A program made the translations under genes and the position numbers. DNA of 64,000 nt from Geosiphon pyriformis uo1 (Eukaryota; Fungi; Glomeromycota), in contig JAAOMT010000384.1 in the NCBI GenBank assembly GCA_016748015.1, positions 1 through 64,000 on the forward strand, read 5' to 3'. The notes under the pieces were generated by a model. It was not told where the DNA came from. It saw nothing but the letters and a program-made list of their open reading frames with translations, and searched no databases. This document shows, in pieces, positions 49,001 through 62,499 of this stretch (its first letter is position 1; each line of letters opens with the position of its first letter).

Positions 49001-49859
49001 TTGCATGGTAATGTAGACTGGCGTAGGTCTTCTCTCATGTGGCATCCTAATATGCATATGGCCGCTGGTTCCACTGGTAAATGTTCTGCTGATGCTTATA
49101 CTTACTTCATAAAGGCTTTACATCATTGACTGCCTGTTACTGTCCACAAGTGCCTTTATAGTAGATCTTATCCCAGCATTTTATGCTTGTATTGTGGTGA
49201 AATCAAAGTTTCCGATCATGTTTTCTTTTGTGGTTCTGATACTGCTATCTGTGCCCAGCTGTTGGACATGCACGTGGCTATCTGGGGAGCATTCTCAGAT
49301 TTACTCTGGTCATCATCACAATTTATGCAGCTTATGCTCTTTTGTGTTTCTGATATTTTGTTGTGTTTGGCATTTTGTAAGGGCTTTATGTTTAAACTTT
49401 GTTTTCAGGAAGTGGTTTCGGTTTTCAGGAACTCAAAGATTGCTTGTCAAAGGGTGGTGGAATTTGTGTGAAATTTTTGTCTTGCTTTTAGGGATAAGGT
49501 TTGGCTGGTTCATGTGAGTCACTGTGCTTTAATAGAAAAGTGTGGCCTGATCCCTAGAAATGGCTCTGTTCCTGGCCTAGTGCATGGTCTTTCTTCATTA
49601 TTTTCTGCAGAGATGATAAAGATGTTGGGTATTGCAGAGGCTTTTGGCATTAGCTTTGGCTTTCGTGTATCTTGTTTATTTTTTTCGGGTATTGGGAATT
49701 TTGTATTGGTTATTATAGATGCTTAGTGTAGTTTTGATCAGCCTGAGTGGCTGGTCACATGTAGAAAATGCATGATTCATGCCTAGTTTAGATCTCTTAT
49801 GATGTATTGTACTAGGTAATGTTTGGACCTCACTCATTAAACAATAAAAAAAAAAAAAA
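46090..49859 (+). mobile_element. LINE L5, 5'-truncated within RT, interrupted by solo LTR C
   Basis: HLKNSLVRIKMCSKFIQFFGDIHNG / TNWVMTNFG...GLDQEKVFSP...FVDD; intact RNase H tail KVKGHSGVVGNECAD; 3' terminus 49740-49840; poly(A) 49846-49859. Confidence 0.93.
46174..47158 (+). mobile_element. Solo LTR C (985 bp), same family as B
   Basis: TGTTACCAGA...TGATAACA; TSD TCAT at 46170-46173 and 47159-47162; ~20-bp repeat array, then TATAAAA (46554) and AATAAA (46636), consistent with U3-R-U5 order on plus. Confidence 0.92.
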
Positions 49860-50110
49860 TAGCTTTTGATTTTAGATTATATATTATTTAATTTTTATTT
49901 ATTTTATTTAATAAATAATATTTAAATACAATTTTATATAATATATTAAACTAAGTAATTTTAAACATAAATACATATTTTTTATATATAATTAGTTATT
50001 TAAACCAATTAAAACAACATTACAAATTTATCTTAACACAAATAATATTACTAATATCTATAAAAAATAAGCACAATTTACATGTTTTAAAATAAATAAT
50101 ATTAAATATA

Positions 50111-53100
50111 TTTTTTTTTATTAAGATTTAATGAGTGCAGTCCAATCACTACCTAAGTACATAAAATCAAACAAAATTCTAAATTAAATGTGGCTCATGC
50201 TCTTTCTACACATGACTAATTACTCAGGCCAGTTAAAACAGCACTATGTACTTAACAGATCTGATAAAGAAATACTACACAAAAAACCAAAGTTCAAACC
50301 AAATAAATAAGGATATAAACCAAAGCACATATAAATATCCAATCTGACATTGAAGCTGTGGATGACTCCAACAGCCCAAAAGTTCAACAAACCAGCAACC
50401 AATAGTATAGCAGATCTATCACATGGCAAAAGATTGTGCTTCTTATAAAAAGCTTTCAATTTGGCAGCAGACAACCAAATATTAAACCTATGAGTTTCGA
50501 CAAGACCACAAACCAACTTAATGATCAAACTGCCACCAGATACAAAGCCAAAGTGAAAGATAACATTAGCCACTCAGCTTTTCAAGACAAATCTCTTGGC
50601 CAATAATATGTACAAATTACCAGATAATTTAGCTTTATGCAGAGATTAAACAACTATATTTCTCAAAGCAGGCCCACCAGCCAGCTTATACCACTTTATA
50701 CCAATGTTTAATAGTAAATTCTTGCTAGCATTGTTATTATGTATACATAAAAACAAGTGGTCAAAATCCTCAATTATCTCACACTTAATGCATACTATGT
50801 TAGAATATTTAGAATCATATAATCTCTTTCTTATAACAACTGGCAGACAATAGAGCAAAGTCTTTATTAAGTAGAACCACAGAAAAGTTGAAGATAAACT
50901 GGTAAAACCAGAATAGATCTTATTATTAGAATGCTAAACACCAAAGAATTTGGCTGTATTAACATTACCAACAATACTTACATCCATAAAGCTGGCAACA
51001 CACTTGGATTTTCAACTGACAAAATTGACAGCATCAAATAAACTCTTAACAAAATAATGTGCATTCTCAAAGACAGGCCTGTCTTCAACACTAAAAAAGC
51101 AACAAGACATGCTTAGGGACAGTATAGACTTAGAAGAAACTGCTATATTGGCAAAAAAATCCACTTGCTCATTCCCAATAACACTTGAATGTCTCTTAAA
51201 CTTTCTCCACATGACTGACAGATTCTTTTTTGAAATAGTGTGACAAATATGCTTTTTCACACTTATGGTGAAAATCAGGACCAGACATACTTACATCAAA
51301 TTTGCACATATCCAATAATATCTGACTGTCTATAAACAAGATAACAGCATTAGAAACAGGTATACACTCCAATGCCAAAACAATAACTTGTAGCTCCACC
51401 AAAGTAGAGAAAAGTAAGCCAAGAACTTTCACACTAATGCTTATGTCAACCTTTGGAAAATAAGCAGTAGTACCACTACAGGCACCAATAAACCCCAAAC
51501 TTCTAACAGAACTATCAGTGTAAACATTAATGGAGCCTTGCCCAAAGGCAAGTAAATGCTCAGAAACAAAACCAATGTCACATAAAAAATTGGTGGGAGT
51601 AAAATAAAACATCACAGCCACACTATTACCCAAATTACCATTCTTAACAAAATTAGTAATAGAGACAAACCAGGCAAGAATTGGACTCATAGGGTCAAGT
51701 CTTTTCCATCTGTAAAAAGTATTCTAAGTAAAACACAAGCCACAACAATCCAGAAGTTGGTTAGCAAAAATGAGACCAAATTTTTTGAGAGAATTCCTTA
51801 CATCTAAATAACCACTTAAACTTAGAACATCCAAAATTAACACTCCAATTCCAGCTCAAAAAACATTAAAAAAAGCACCACCCAAAGACATGCTACACAA
51901 AGTGAAAGCATAAATAATATTAGCCAAAAAACAATTTATAGAATTAATAGATAACTTGACCAGAAAACAAAGAGGATGCCAGGGCATTCAGCTGGAAGTC
52001 TGCAAATCTATTACTTTATGTTCAAAAAACCTGCCAAAAATCCCATTAGCATTACTAAAATTAACCAGATTGGCTATTAAACTCTCAGTAAGCATTTGCT
52101 CAAAAGACTTCAGACCATATAACTTAGAATAATGCAGTGCTTCATTAAGAAAGTTTTTAGGCAAATTTGTCTTGAACTTAAGCTCTTTTCTCAACAATTT
52201 GTTCTATTTTTCACAAATATTCTTAGAGGCAAAGCTAAACTGAAGTCTGTAATCAATGATAAGCTGCAAAACAGCAGAAACTAAATACAAAAATTGCTTT
52301 TCAGTAATGGTTTTTTTTAAAACCACATTCGAAAAAAATTTGACATTGACATAAGCCTTGGCCAAACTTGGCTTAAATAAAAAAATTCCCAAATACTAAT
52401 AAGACTTGTTCTTTTTCACCATTAAGATTTTTGACCCACTAATAGACAATACAGTCTTTTAAACACCCTGGTTAATAGGGATAGCAACAATCTTCTCAGT
52501 ATTTATTGAAATGTTATTAATAGAAAAAAATTTACTGGCTATGTTTAAGATGTTTTGCATCACTGTTAAGCAGTTTTCCAATCCAGATTGTGTCATTTAC
52601 AAAGGCATCTGTGGCAAAAAATAAAGTTTTGTTATTACTTGAATCAGGTTTGTCAAACTTAGTGTAGAACTTTGAACACATTCTGTAGCCATACAATTGT
52701 TTATGTTTTTTGATCTCACAGAACAGCAGATCATAGAAAATTTGCTATAGTAACAGTGAGAATACTTTTTCTTAATCCAAATCATTGTGTACAACATAAC
52801 TATCAGATAGACCAAAATCTGTTATTATCTGATTGAATTTGTTATTGTGTATACTACCAAAAAAGTCTATAAAATAAGGACACATTTTGATTTTTACTAA
52901 ACTATTGAGCAAATAAAACCATTTGACAGAATCATAAGCCTTATGCATATTCTGAAAAACTAGTCACAACTCCCTGTTTTTCTCCAAAGCATCTTTAATA
53001 ACTGAATCAACAGTAAAAATTGGGAATTATGTAGAAGTGCTTTTTAATACTAAAAAATTGTCATCATACAAATATCAAACCTACTGCAAATCAGAGAGAT

Positions 53101-56100
53101 TTTGTCTAAGAAGATTTTAGACAAAATCTTTTGTGCAGTCTCAATCAATGCTATCAGCCTAGTATTGGTGAGAGTATCTTCCTAATTATATGGTTTAGGA
53201 ATCATGAAAATCCAAGACTTTCTCCATTGCTTAGGAACTTTTCCAGAAATTAAACACTTGTTAAAAATGCTCAAAAAACCATTAAAAACTAGAAGATTAC
53301 TATGTTTCTAGAGTTTATTAAGAATGCCAAAAAGCCTAGCAGTCTTCCCATTAGACAAGTTCTTAACAATCTGTAGAAATTCATCTATATTAACATTGCA
53401 CATAACTTCTAAGAATATATTATCATCAATGTAACTTAAGAGAGCATATTAATCAGACCAATGACTTGACAGAGCACTGGAAACCAAGCACTTTCTCATT
53501 CAACTCTCCATTATTGTATCAATTAAAAACTTAACAGTCTAAGGCTTCAAAATGAGCTCATCATCAACAATTAAATAATTAAAAACCACTTTTCTAAAGA
53601 GCCAGTTCAGAACACTCTTTATTATCTTCTCTTTATTCAAACAAAAATTTTTCATGCATTTTTTCACAGCCTTCCTTATAGAATCATCTCTGGCTACCTT
53701 AGATTCATAATATTTGAACTTGTAGTAACTCTTCTTAACAACTGAGATGTGGTACAAAATATTCTTAATATTAATATATTCATTAATCATTAAACAAACT
53801 TTGGATGTCTTTTTTTCACCTATGCTTGTCTAAGTACCAACAAAATGGTTAGTCTCCAAACTTAAACCTGAGTTTACACTATTGACAATCTTGGATATCA
53901 ACAACTCTAACCTATAAAATTTTGAAAATAGCTTGTTCTTTGCACAATTGAACTTACTGAACCAAAGTTTGGAAAAGATTTCATTGGCAGAATCAATCAT
54001 TATCTCTTTGAGAATCTCCTACATAATATCCAAATTACCATTGTGTCCTACAGCATGAAACTCAACTAATCTCTTTAAAAATTTGTCTGAAGTCATAAAA
54101 TGCTTTTACTCATTAACATCCACATTTTTCAATTTGAACTTCCATCAATTCTTATTAGCATGTTTGTGTATGCTATTCAATCAAATATCTAAAAGACCAC
54201 CTAAGTCCATTAAAACCAAAACAGCTTTGTAATCAGTATTAAAAAACTCAGACACAGAATTAACCTTATAACCAGCCACAGCTAAGATCAGATTCTCACT
54301 AACAAAAATGTAATCAAGAACTTTTTCAACACCCCTTGAGTTGCTCTATGTAGAAACACTAACCAAAAAATGTCCATCAAAAGAATTAACCAAACCCAAA
54401 TCTAAACAGAATCCAAAACTTGCATTCTTCTTAGACCTGTCCTTATTGAAATCACTGCTCAAAACAACAAAACTACTGGAATTGACTACTTGAGCTATAA
54501 AAAAATTAACACCAAAAGCCTGGCTGAATTTGTCACCAGAAGAAATATTAGTGTATAAACCAATAATTGAAACTGAAATTTTGCTTTTGAAAAAAAGATG
54601 CATTGAAACAATGTGACTAGGAATCTTCTCCACCTTGAAGACATGTTTAGCCAGAGAATTGTTTATGATTATTGCCACCCCAGTCCCAAGAGAACCATTA
54701 TTTAGGCCAGATGTGAAAATGTGTACTCTGTTAAATTTGTTTATAATCTATGGTCTGATGTTAAATCTTAATTTTGTTTTTGTAATAATAGATATTATAT
54801 TCTCTGATTCTTTGTGCTATTGAACAATGTCTTCCTGTTTTGCAGATATATTGATACTACAAACATTGCATGTAGCAAATTTTTATATCAGACTTATCAT
54901 TAGGAGGTATAAGAAGTAGGTGCCAAACTAGCATTGTCTATTTTGGCTAACAGGCTTATAACTGTAACTGATAAACTGTTTATTGTGTTTTTCAATTTTG
55001 ACATAACAGAAGAATTAAAACCTACTGCTTCCACAATAGTTCTACCACTAGTGATCACATCCAAACTCTTACTTATCACTATATTTACTCTTTAATTCTG
55101 TAATAAAAGGGTTACCAACAGCTAATGTCCAAAACTAGGCTGAGAAACCATTGGTCCAGGTGTGTTCAATCTCTTAGCCAATTTGTTAACACATTTTATG
55201 AGGCTGGCAAGACTATGCTCAAAAGTGATAAACCTACTATCCAATTCCAAGACAACAGCAGAATAGGTATTATCTCTGAAAAAAAACCAGAGTCAATTAA
55301 GCCATTTTGTACAAGAAAAAGAGAGAAGGAGGACTTACCAATAATCTTGGCCCAAGAAATACCACCAAAAGAAACCAGATGAGCAATTAGAGCTGAACAT
55401 TTAGCATATATAGATGTCAGTCTGCTTTTATCCATTTTTAACACCCTATAGAGTGAGTTACCAGAAGAAATTTTTCTATCTACAAAGCAATTCCATAAAA
55501 TATGACCCAATTTACCACACTTTGCACACTTAGTAGAGTCTAAATAAGATCAATACAGATTGACTTCTTTTAAAACAGATGTGGTTCCCATAATAGCATT
55601 TAATAATACAGCCAAGTCAAAACAAACAACAGTGCACCTGGCCTGAGCATATGTAACTGAGTAACAATTAATAACACATGTTTTTCCATCTGCAGAATCA
55701 ATAAAATTTCAGATGTCATGAGCATTAGTATCTATTGACAGTATGTAGAACAGTGCCTTATGTTAATTCCTTAAATTTCATGTTTTTTTGTCTAAATTAG
55801 TCTTAGCTACTTATATAATGTCTTTTTTAATCAAGATAGATCATCCAGAGGTGACCAAATTAGCATAATCAACTTGTTCAAATTTCACCACAGCCTTCTG
55901 CCAAAAACCAAACAACTGCATTTTGATTGATATTATTACATCAAATTTGGATAGTGCTGCACACACAGCCTTAGTTAACGTCCCAATAGGAATTTTTTTT
56001 AACACCACAGTCTAATCTGAATGCATAAAAAATTTTTTTAGATCAGTGTTTACCAAAACATTAATAGCTCTTGCCTTTTTCATAGCCTGTGCCAAACTAA

Positions 56101-56820
56101 ATTCAGAAATAAAAGAGGCATAGATAATCTTAGCAAATTTTGAGGGGGTAGAGACCTTTCCAAAACCATTAACTTTTGAAAACAACTTTCTAATAGCCAC
56201 AAACTTGTCATAAGATAATTTTTCAGCAACTTTGTTCAGACCAATATCCAAAGCAAAATTTTTTTTAACAGACACATTGACCAGATTCTTTAGTGGCAAA
56301 GAGAAAAATACAGGAGCATTCAAGAAAATATCATTATCATCAACATTACTCAAGAAATTGATTTTCTCTAATGGCATATTTAAAGCCTTTTTTGCAACCA
56401 ATTTTGGGCCCTTTGACATCTGAGTAGAATCATCTTTATTGAACACATTTCTTTCTTCATAATTCATGCTGGTTTTCTCTATTAAACACATTTTTTTCAT
56501 ATTAACACTATTAAATTTGGTGGTATTACCAGCTTCAAACTTCCAAGAATTACTAAATACCTTCTTAAACAGTACAGTCTCACTAGCAGCACTATTTTTT
56601 AGAACACTTCCCTTTCTCTTTTTTCTAGAGGCAATATCTTTACCAGCAGTATCAGCACCAAAGTTTTTGACAGACTTCTTAATCACAACAATACTACAGC
56701 CAATGGTGGTCTCGTAACCAAGCAAAAAAGGTTTGGATTTATCATACTGAATTATAAAAACTTCTTTCAAAAAAACTTTTAACTCTTTTTTGAGAATTTT
56801 GGATGAAAGAAAGAAAGAAG
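50111..56820 (-). mobile_element. Full-length LINE L6 (ORF1 type 3), decayed
   Basis: Minus-strand ORF1 fragments 56770 and 55510; ORF2 start near 54899 (MISLI*KFATCNV); EN/RT/RNase H (VYTDSS) fragments; 3' terminus 50120-50245; poly(T) 50111-50119. Confidence 0.92.
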
Positions 56821-56884
56821 CTTTTTATTAGATATTATAATATAAATATAATTTATATTTAAATACTTAAGATTATTAAAAATA

Positions 56885-59800
56885 TTTTTTTTTATTATAT
56901 ATTTAATAAGTATAGTTCAATTGCTATTTAGATATTAAAAACAAATTAAGTATTCTATAATTAAATATAATTCATGCATTTTCTATATATAACTAGCTAT
57001 TTGAACTAATTTAGACTATATTATATTAAAGCTTTTTTAAAAAAAACTTATTTAAAAAAGACATCTTTTAAACAATTTTAAATAAAATAGCACTATTATT
57101 AATCAATTTGATCAGTTATTTAACTGTTTTTAAGACATTAATCTTAATATCAACAGATTTATATTTTTATAGTAATATAAAATTAGAAAACATATTATCA
57201 TTAATTGTAAACAAATTTACATGAAAACTAATTATATCAATGTTTTTATAGTTATATTCAGTTTTTAAAACAATTATCTTCTGTTTTAACTTACTAATAA
57301 TCTTGCTAAAAATATTTATATATATTAAAATTTTATTAACTCTAAGACCAAATACATTATTTGAAACCAAATCTTTATTAACAAATTGTTTAAACACATT
57401 AATTAAAAAACCAACTAACTTAACAATAAACTTGATCAAAACAAAAAGCTTGACCAAATTAAACTTCAAAAAAACTAATTAAAAAGAAACTACAAAAATA
57501 TCAGTTATTATATTAACAAAAAAAGCAAAACCAATTAGAGAGCTAAAAACTAAAAGAAACACAAAAGCAGCAGTTTTAGCATAAGACTTAATACCAATAA
57601 TATAAAGAACATAAGTTTTGAAAATCTTAAGAAAAAAAAGTGAAAATATTTTATAATTAAGAACCAAATAATTCAAGTCTTAGCACTTAAGATAGTGTTA
57701 GTATCTAGAAGTTTCTTACCAAATATAATACTTCTTAAAGTACTAGTTTTAATAACAACACTATTTAAATTATTCTATAAGTCAAATATAATCAGAGCAA
57801 ATTAGAAATAACCAAAATTAGGCAAGTAAAAAATAAAACAACTTTAATCACTAATTTAAAAAATCATATTATTGATTTTAAAAGCAGTACAGCCAAAAAA
57901 AAGATTAATCAACTTAAATTTAAACTTATTATAAAATAAAATAATCTTATTTTAATTTACTAAAAAAAAATTCTAATATTATTCTTGTTCAACAAAATTA
58001 ACCAATAATTTAAAGCAGATATAACAGCATCTAAATTTTTAAAATAAATAATTATATATTGCCAAACACTAATAGGCTTTAATATAATATAAACAACTTT
58101 GCCAAATACATTAAAAACTATTTTAATATTAGTAGTAAATATACTTAAAAACATATTACATAGTATAACAATAGCAAGAGAAGAACTAAACTTAGAAATT
58201 ATCAAAAATTTAGCAATTTTGAGAGTGGTCAAATAAAAAAAGCTTGTAAGCTTAACCAAAAAAACAGCATTCAGAGAATTTTAAGAAGTAAATTTTATAT
58301 AAAAGAGCTTTATATTGTTTTTTATAATTAATTTTATATTTAAAAAACTATATACAAACTGAAAACAGTTTTAATATAATTTAATTTGATCTTAAAAATT
58401 GCACTAATATCAAAGTAAAGACTATTTATCTAGTAAACTTTTAACAATCAATAATTTTTTAAGTATTACTAGTAATAATACCAAAAACTAAAAAAAATGA
58501 TTCAGTTTCTATCTAATTAATTTAGTTTTTAAAAACAAATAATTCAATAAAAAAGTTTTGTTTTGTTTTCAAAACCAGTAAAAATCTACTAAAAAACATT
58601 ATATTTGATAATACAATTAATAATTAATCTTAGTTTATCTTAAACAAAATGTTAAATAATACAATAGAGATTTTATTTAAAATTTTATCTAAAATTACAA
58701 AAAGTTTAGTGTAATAATAACAAAAGCAAATAACTGTTTCTATTTTTTAAAATTTTTGGTCTTTTTGGCTATTTTCAAAAAACTGGTACTAGTAGTATCA
58801 GATATAACAGCAATAGTTAAAAAAACCAGTCTGTTAATTAGTCTACTATTAAAGACTTTTAGACTCTTAATAAAAATAAAAACAATATTGAAACTAATTC
58901 AAGTATGTTTTTTAAAGAGAATTTTGACTGGTAAAAAACCAGTTAAAAATAAAAAAATGCTTTAAAAACTATTAAAAACAGTGTTACAAGTAATTATTTG
59001 GAATGTTGATATAAATAACAAACTTATAACTTGGTGTTTAATATTTTGTTGATGGTGGTAATATTTAAAGATTATCATAATTTGAAGATTTTGTTGAGTC
59101 TTTTGTATAATAAACAGAGAATCAATTGTTGGTTTCTTTTATGAATTTTTTTTTTACCATGATGACCAGTTTAATTTAGTAGTCATGCCTTTCTAGTAAG
59201 CTATTTTTAAATTTCTACTCTTATTTCTGGATCTTTTACCAAACTATCCTTAATGTCAATTATTCAACACTTTAATTCCTTTAATCAATTAATAAAACAA
59301 TAAAATGAAACAAAAAAAATAAAAAAAATAAAAAAAAATAAAAAATAAAAAAAAATTAGTATTCTATTAATAGTCATAATTAAGAGCTATTGGTCTAATA
59401 TAATTAAATGTTGGATTTTATTAACATAGAATATTAATAAAATAAAAATAATTAATATTTTTTAATTGAGTAATAATAACATGAATTCAGATGATAATTG
59501 ATATTTTATTAATTTGTAACTTGATTTCACTTTAAGTTGTAGAAAACTACCTTTTAAAAAAAGTAATATTGAATAATTAATTAATTATTAGTATTAATTT
59601 TGTTTTTTTTGCTCTTAATATTTTCATTATATATACATAATTCTTGTTATATGAGATTTTATATTTTCTTAAGCAATATGCCTTATTTTTTTTAACAATG
59701 CTCTTATTGCTGAGCAATATGTTATAATTTACTAACAATATGTACATTGCTAAGCAGTGTGTTCTAATTCATTAATAATGTGTTATAATTTCTAACATAG

Positions 59801-61885
59801 TACTTACTTGCTAAGTACTATTCTCTTATTGGTCTATTTTTTTTATCTGTTTTTTCTACTTTTTTTCTTTGTATTTTTCTATAAGTAATATTATTTTCTT
59901 CTTTTTAATATCAAGTTTCATCAAAATTTTCATTTTGAATCAAGTCTATTACTTGTTTTTCTAGTATTGTTTATTTAATTCTGTTCCTTATTTTTTTACA
60001 TTAAGAGTTGTTTATTTTTCTTTACTGGTTAACAGTTATTGTTTTTATTTCTTGGTATAGTAGTATTTCTGAATAGTTTTGAAATATTGTGTATAGTCAG
60101 TAAATTGTTTTGATATATAGTCTGGAATTTGTTTTCTTTCCAATAAAATTTTCAATCTGTTGTACTATTTCTTAATTAAATATTCTTTTGGATTTATTAA
60201 TATATAATTCTTGAATATTCAGTTTTTGTCTTAACTGATAATAATTTCTATGTCTAATTATTGTTAATTTACAGCCTAAAATAATTGTTGAATCATCATG
60301 TAGATGTGGTCTGAGATTTCTATTTTTTTTGTTGTTTTTGTTGTATATACTATTTCTTTATATACTATTTTGTAGATCAATTTGATATGTTTGTATTAAT
60401 AATTATAATTGGTTCTAGATCTTGTGAAATCTTATCTGGTTAAACTAGTATTTATTGTACTTTTAGTTATGGAATATTATTGGTAAAAAATGATGCTATA
60501 TTGTGATATGGTTTTAGTTGATTTCTATATGCTGCTTTAGCTAAGATTTTGTTATTTTATCTTAATTTATAAGCTTTTATTTTCTAGAATTTTTTCAATA
60601 TAAAATAATCTGTCTTATTTGGGGTCAAATTTTCTACTCTATTGTTTTTCTATTTTGGTATAATATAAAAATACTTTGTCTTCAATTCTAAATTCAATTA
60701 GTTTATCTGGTAATTAGTTATCATATTGTTTTTTTTATTTTGTTTATGACTTTTGTATATTATTAACTGTTGTTTATCTTTTGTTTTTTAAAGTTTCTAT
60801 TAACTTGTATGTTTTTTTTAGCAATATTTTTTGAAAGTTGGCTTTTGTTATTGGTTCCATTGAATATGTATTGATATTTATTTCAACTAGTAATATTGCT
60901 GTTCTATTATAAACAAGTTTGAATGGTATTGTTTGTGTAATATCTTGCTTTATTGTCTAATAAACAAATAATACTGATGGTATAAACAAATCTTATTTGT
61001 TCTGGTTTTCTTGGCTAATCTTGGCTAATACAAATAACAAATTTATAACTTGATGTTCAATATCTTGTTGATGATAGTAATATTTAAAGATTTCTGTAAT
61101 CTAAAGGTTTTTATTGAGTTTTTTGTATAATAGACAAAAAATTAATTGTTAATTTTTTCTGTGAATTTTTTTTTCAGCATGGTAGCCAGTTTAATCTGGC
61201 AATTGTGCTTTTTTAGTAAGTTATTCTTAAATTTTTACTCTTATTTCTGGATTTTTTACCAGGTTATCCTTGATGTCAATTACTTAACACTTTAATTTCT
61301 TTAATTAATTAGTAAAACAACAAAATAAAACAAAATAAATAAAAAAAATAAAAAAAAATAAAAAAAATAAATAAAAAATTAGTATTCTATTAATAGCCAT
61401 GATTAAAAGTTATTGGTTTAGTATAATTAAGTATTAGATTTTATTAACATAAAGTATTGATAGAGTAGAAGTAATTAATATTTCTTAATTGAGTAATAAT
61501 AATATAAATTCAGATAATAATTGATATTTTATTGATTTGTAACTTGATTTTACTTTAAGTTGTAGAAAACTATCTTTTCAAAAAAGTAGTATTGGATAAT
61601 TAATTAATTGTTAGTATTAATTTTGTTTTTTTTGCTCTTAATATTCTCACTATATATACATAATTTTTGTTATATAAAATCTCATATTTTTATGAGAAAT
61701 ATGCCCTATTTTCTTTGACAATACTTTTATTGTTAAGTAATATGTTATAATTTATTAACAATATGCATATTGTTAAGCAATATATTATAATTTTTAATAT
61801 TGTGCTTATTTACTAAGTACTATTCTTATATTAGTTTATTTTTTGCTTTAATTATGATTATAAAATTAAAAAGATAAAAAGTTTA
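56885..61885 (-). mobile_element. ORF1-only element, copy H3 (decayed, split by the insertion at 58982-61835)
   Basis: 58981-57479 collinear with H2 from 35157 onward; 5' start remnant at 61835-61885 (ATAATCATAATTAAAGCAAAAAATAAA vs ATGACTACAATCAGAGCAAAGAGTAAA); shared 3' terminus 56895-57025 and poly(T). Confidence 0.8.
58982..61835. mobile_element. Decayed LTR-type element fragment with ~820-bp internal direct repeats (59010-59845 and 61030-61840)
   Basis: Begins TGTTACAAG at the H3 breakpoint; the two repeats are collinear and differ mostly by transitions; second TG/CA terminus and TSD not found. Confidence 0.65.
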
Positions 61886-62499
61886 CTTGTTATTAAATTT
61901 TTTTTTATAATAATTAATAGTTTTTTATAAAAAACTTTATAATATATATATAAAAATCACTAATAGTACAGTTTAAAAATCTTGTTGCAAAATATTTATT
62001 AAAATATTATATCAAATAAGTTTTTAAAATATTTAATTCTCTTATTAAAAATTTATTAACAAATTTATTTACATATTTAGCTTTTTATTTAGAAAATTAA
62101 CCAAATTAAAGTTTTTTATAAAATAATAAGTATTATTAAAAATTACTTAAATAATTTTTTATTTTAACTTATTTAATATTTAATTTTTTATTAAAAATAC
62201 ATTATTTTTTTATTTAATAGTAATTACAAAAATTAGATTTAAATAAACTTAACTTTATCTTATAAATATTTAAAGTTATCTAATTATTTAATTTAATAAT
62301 TATTATATTAAAAACTAAAATATATTTTATTATTAAAACAATAACTTATAACTTAATTAAAATTAATAATATTAAATCATAAATATTTATTTTAATATTC
62401 AAGTCCAAATTCAAAAAATATGTAAATATCTTATTAATAATATTTAAAAAGTCTAAATTCTTAATAAAGTTATTTATATTAATAAATATTTTATTTAAA

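Noticed and set aside
49740-49840. Hammerhead or hairpin ribozyme, or a true tRNA, in the shared 3' terminus
   Set aside because: CTGA and GAAA occur, but the CUGANGA core and stem III geometry do not fit; hairpin-ribozyme loop B is absent; there is no TTC T-loop or 7-nt anticodon loop
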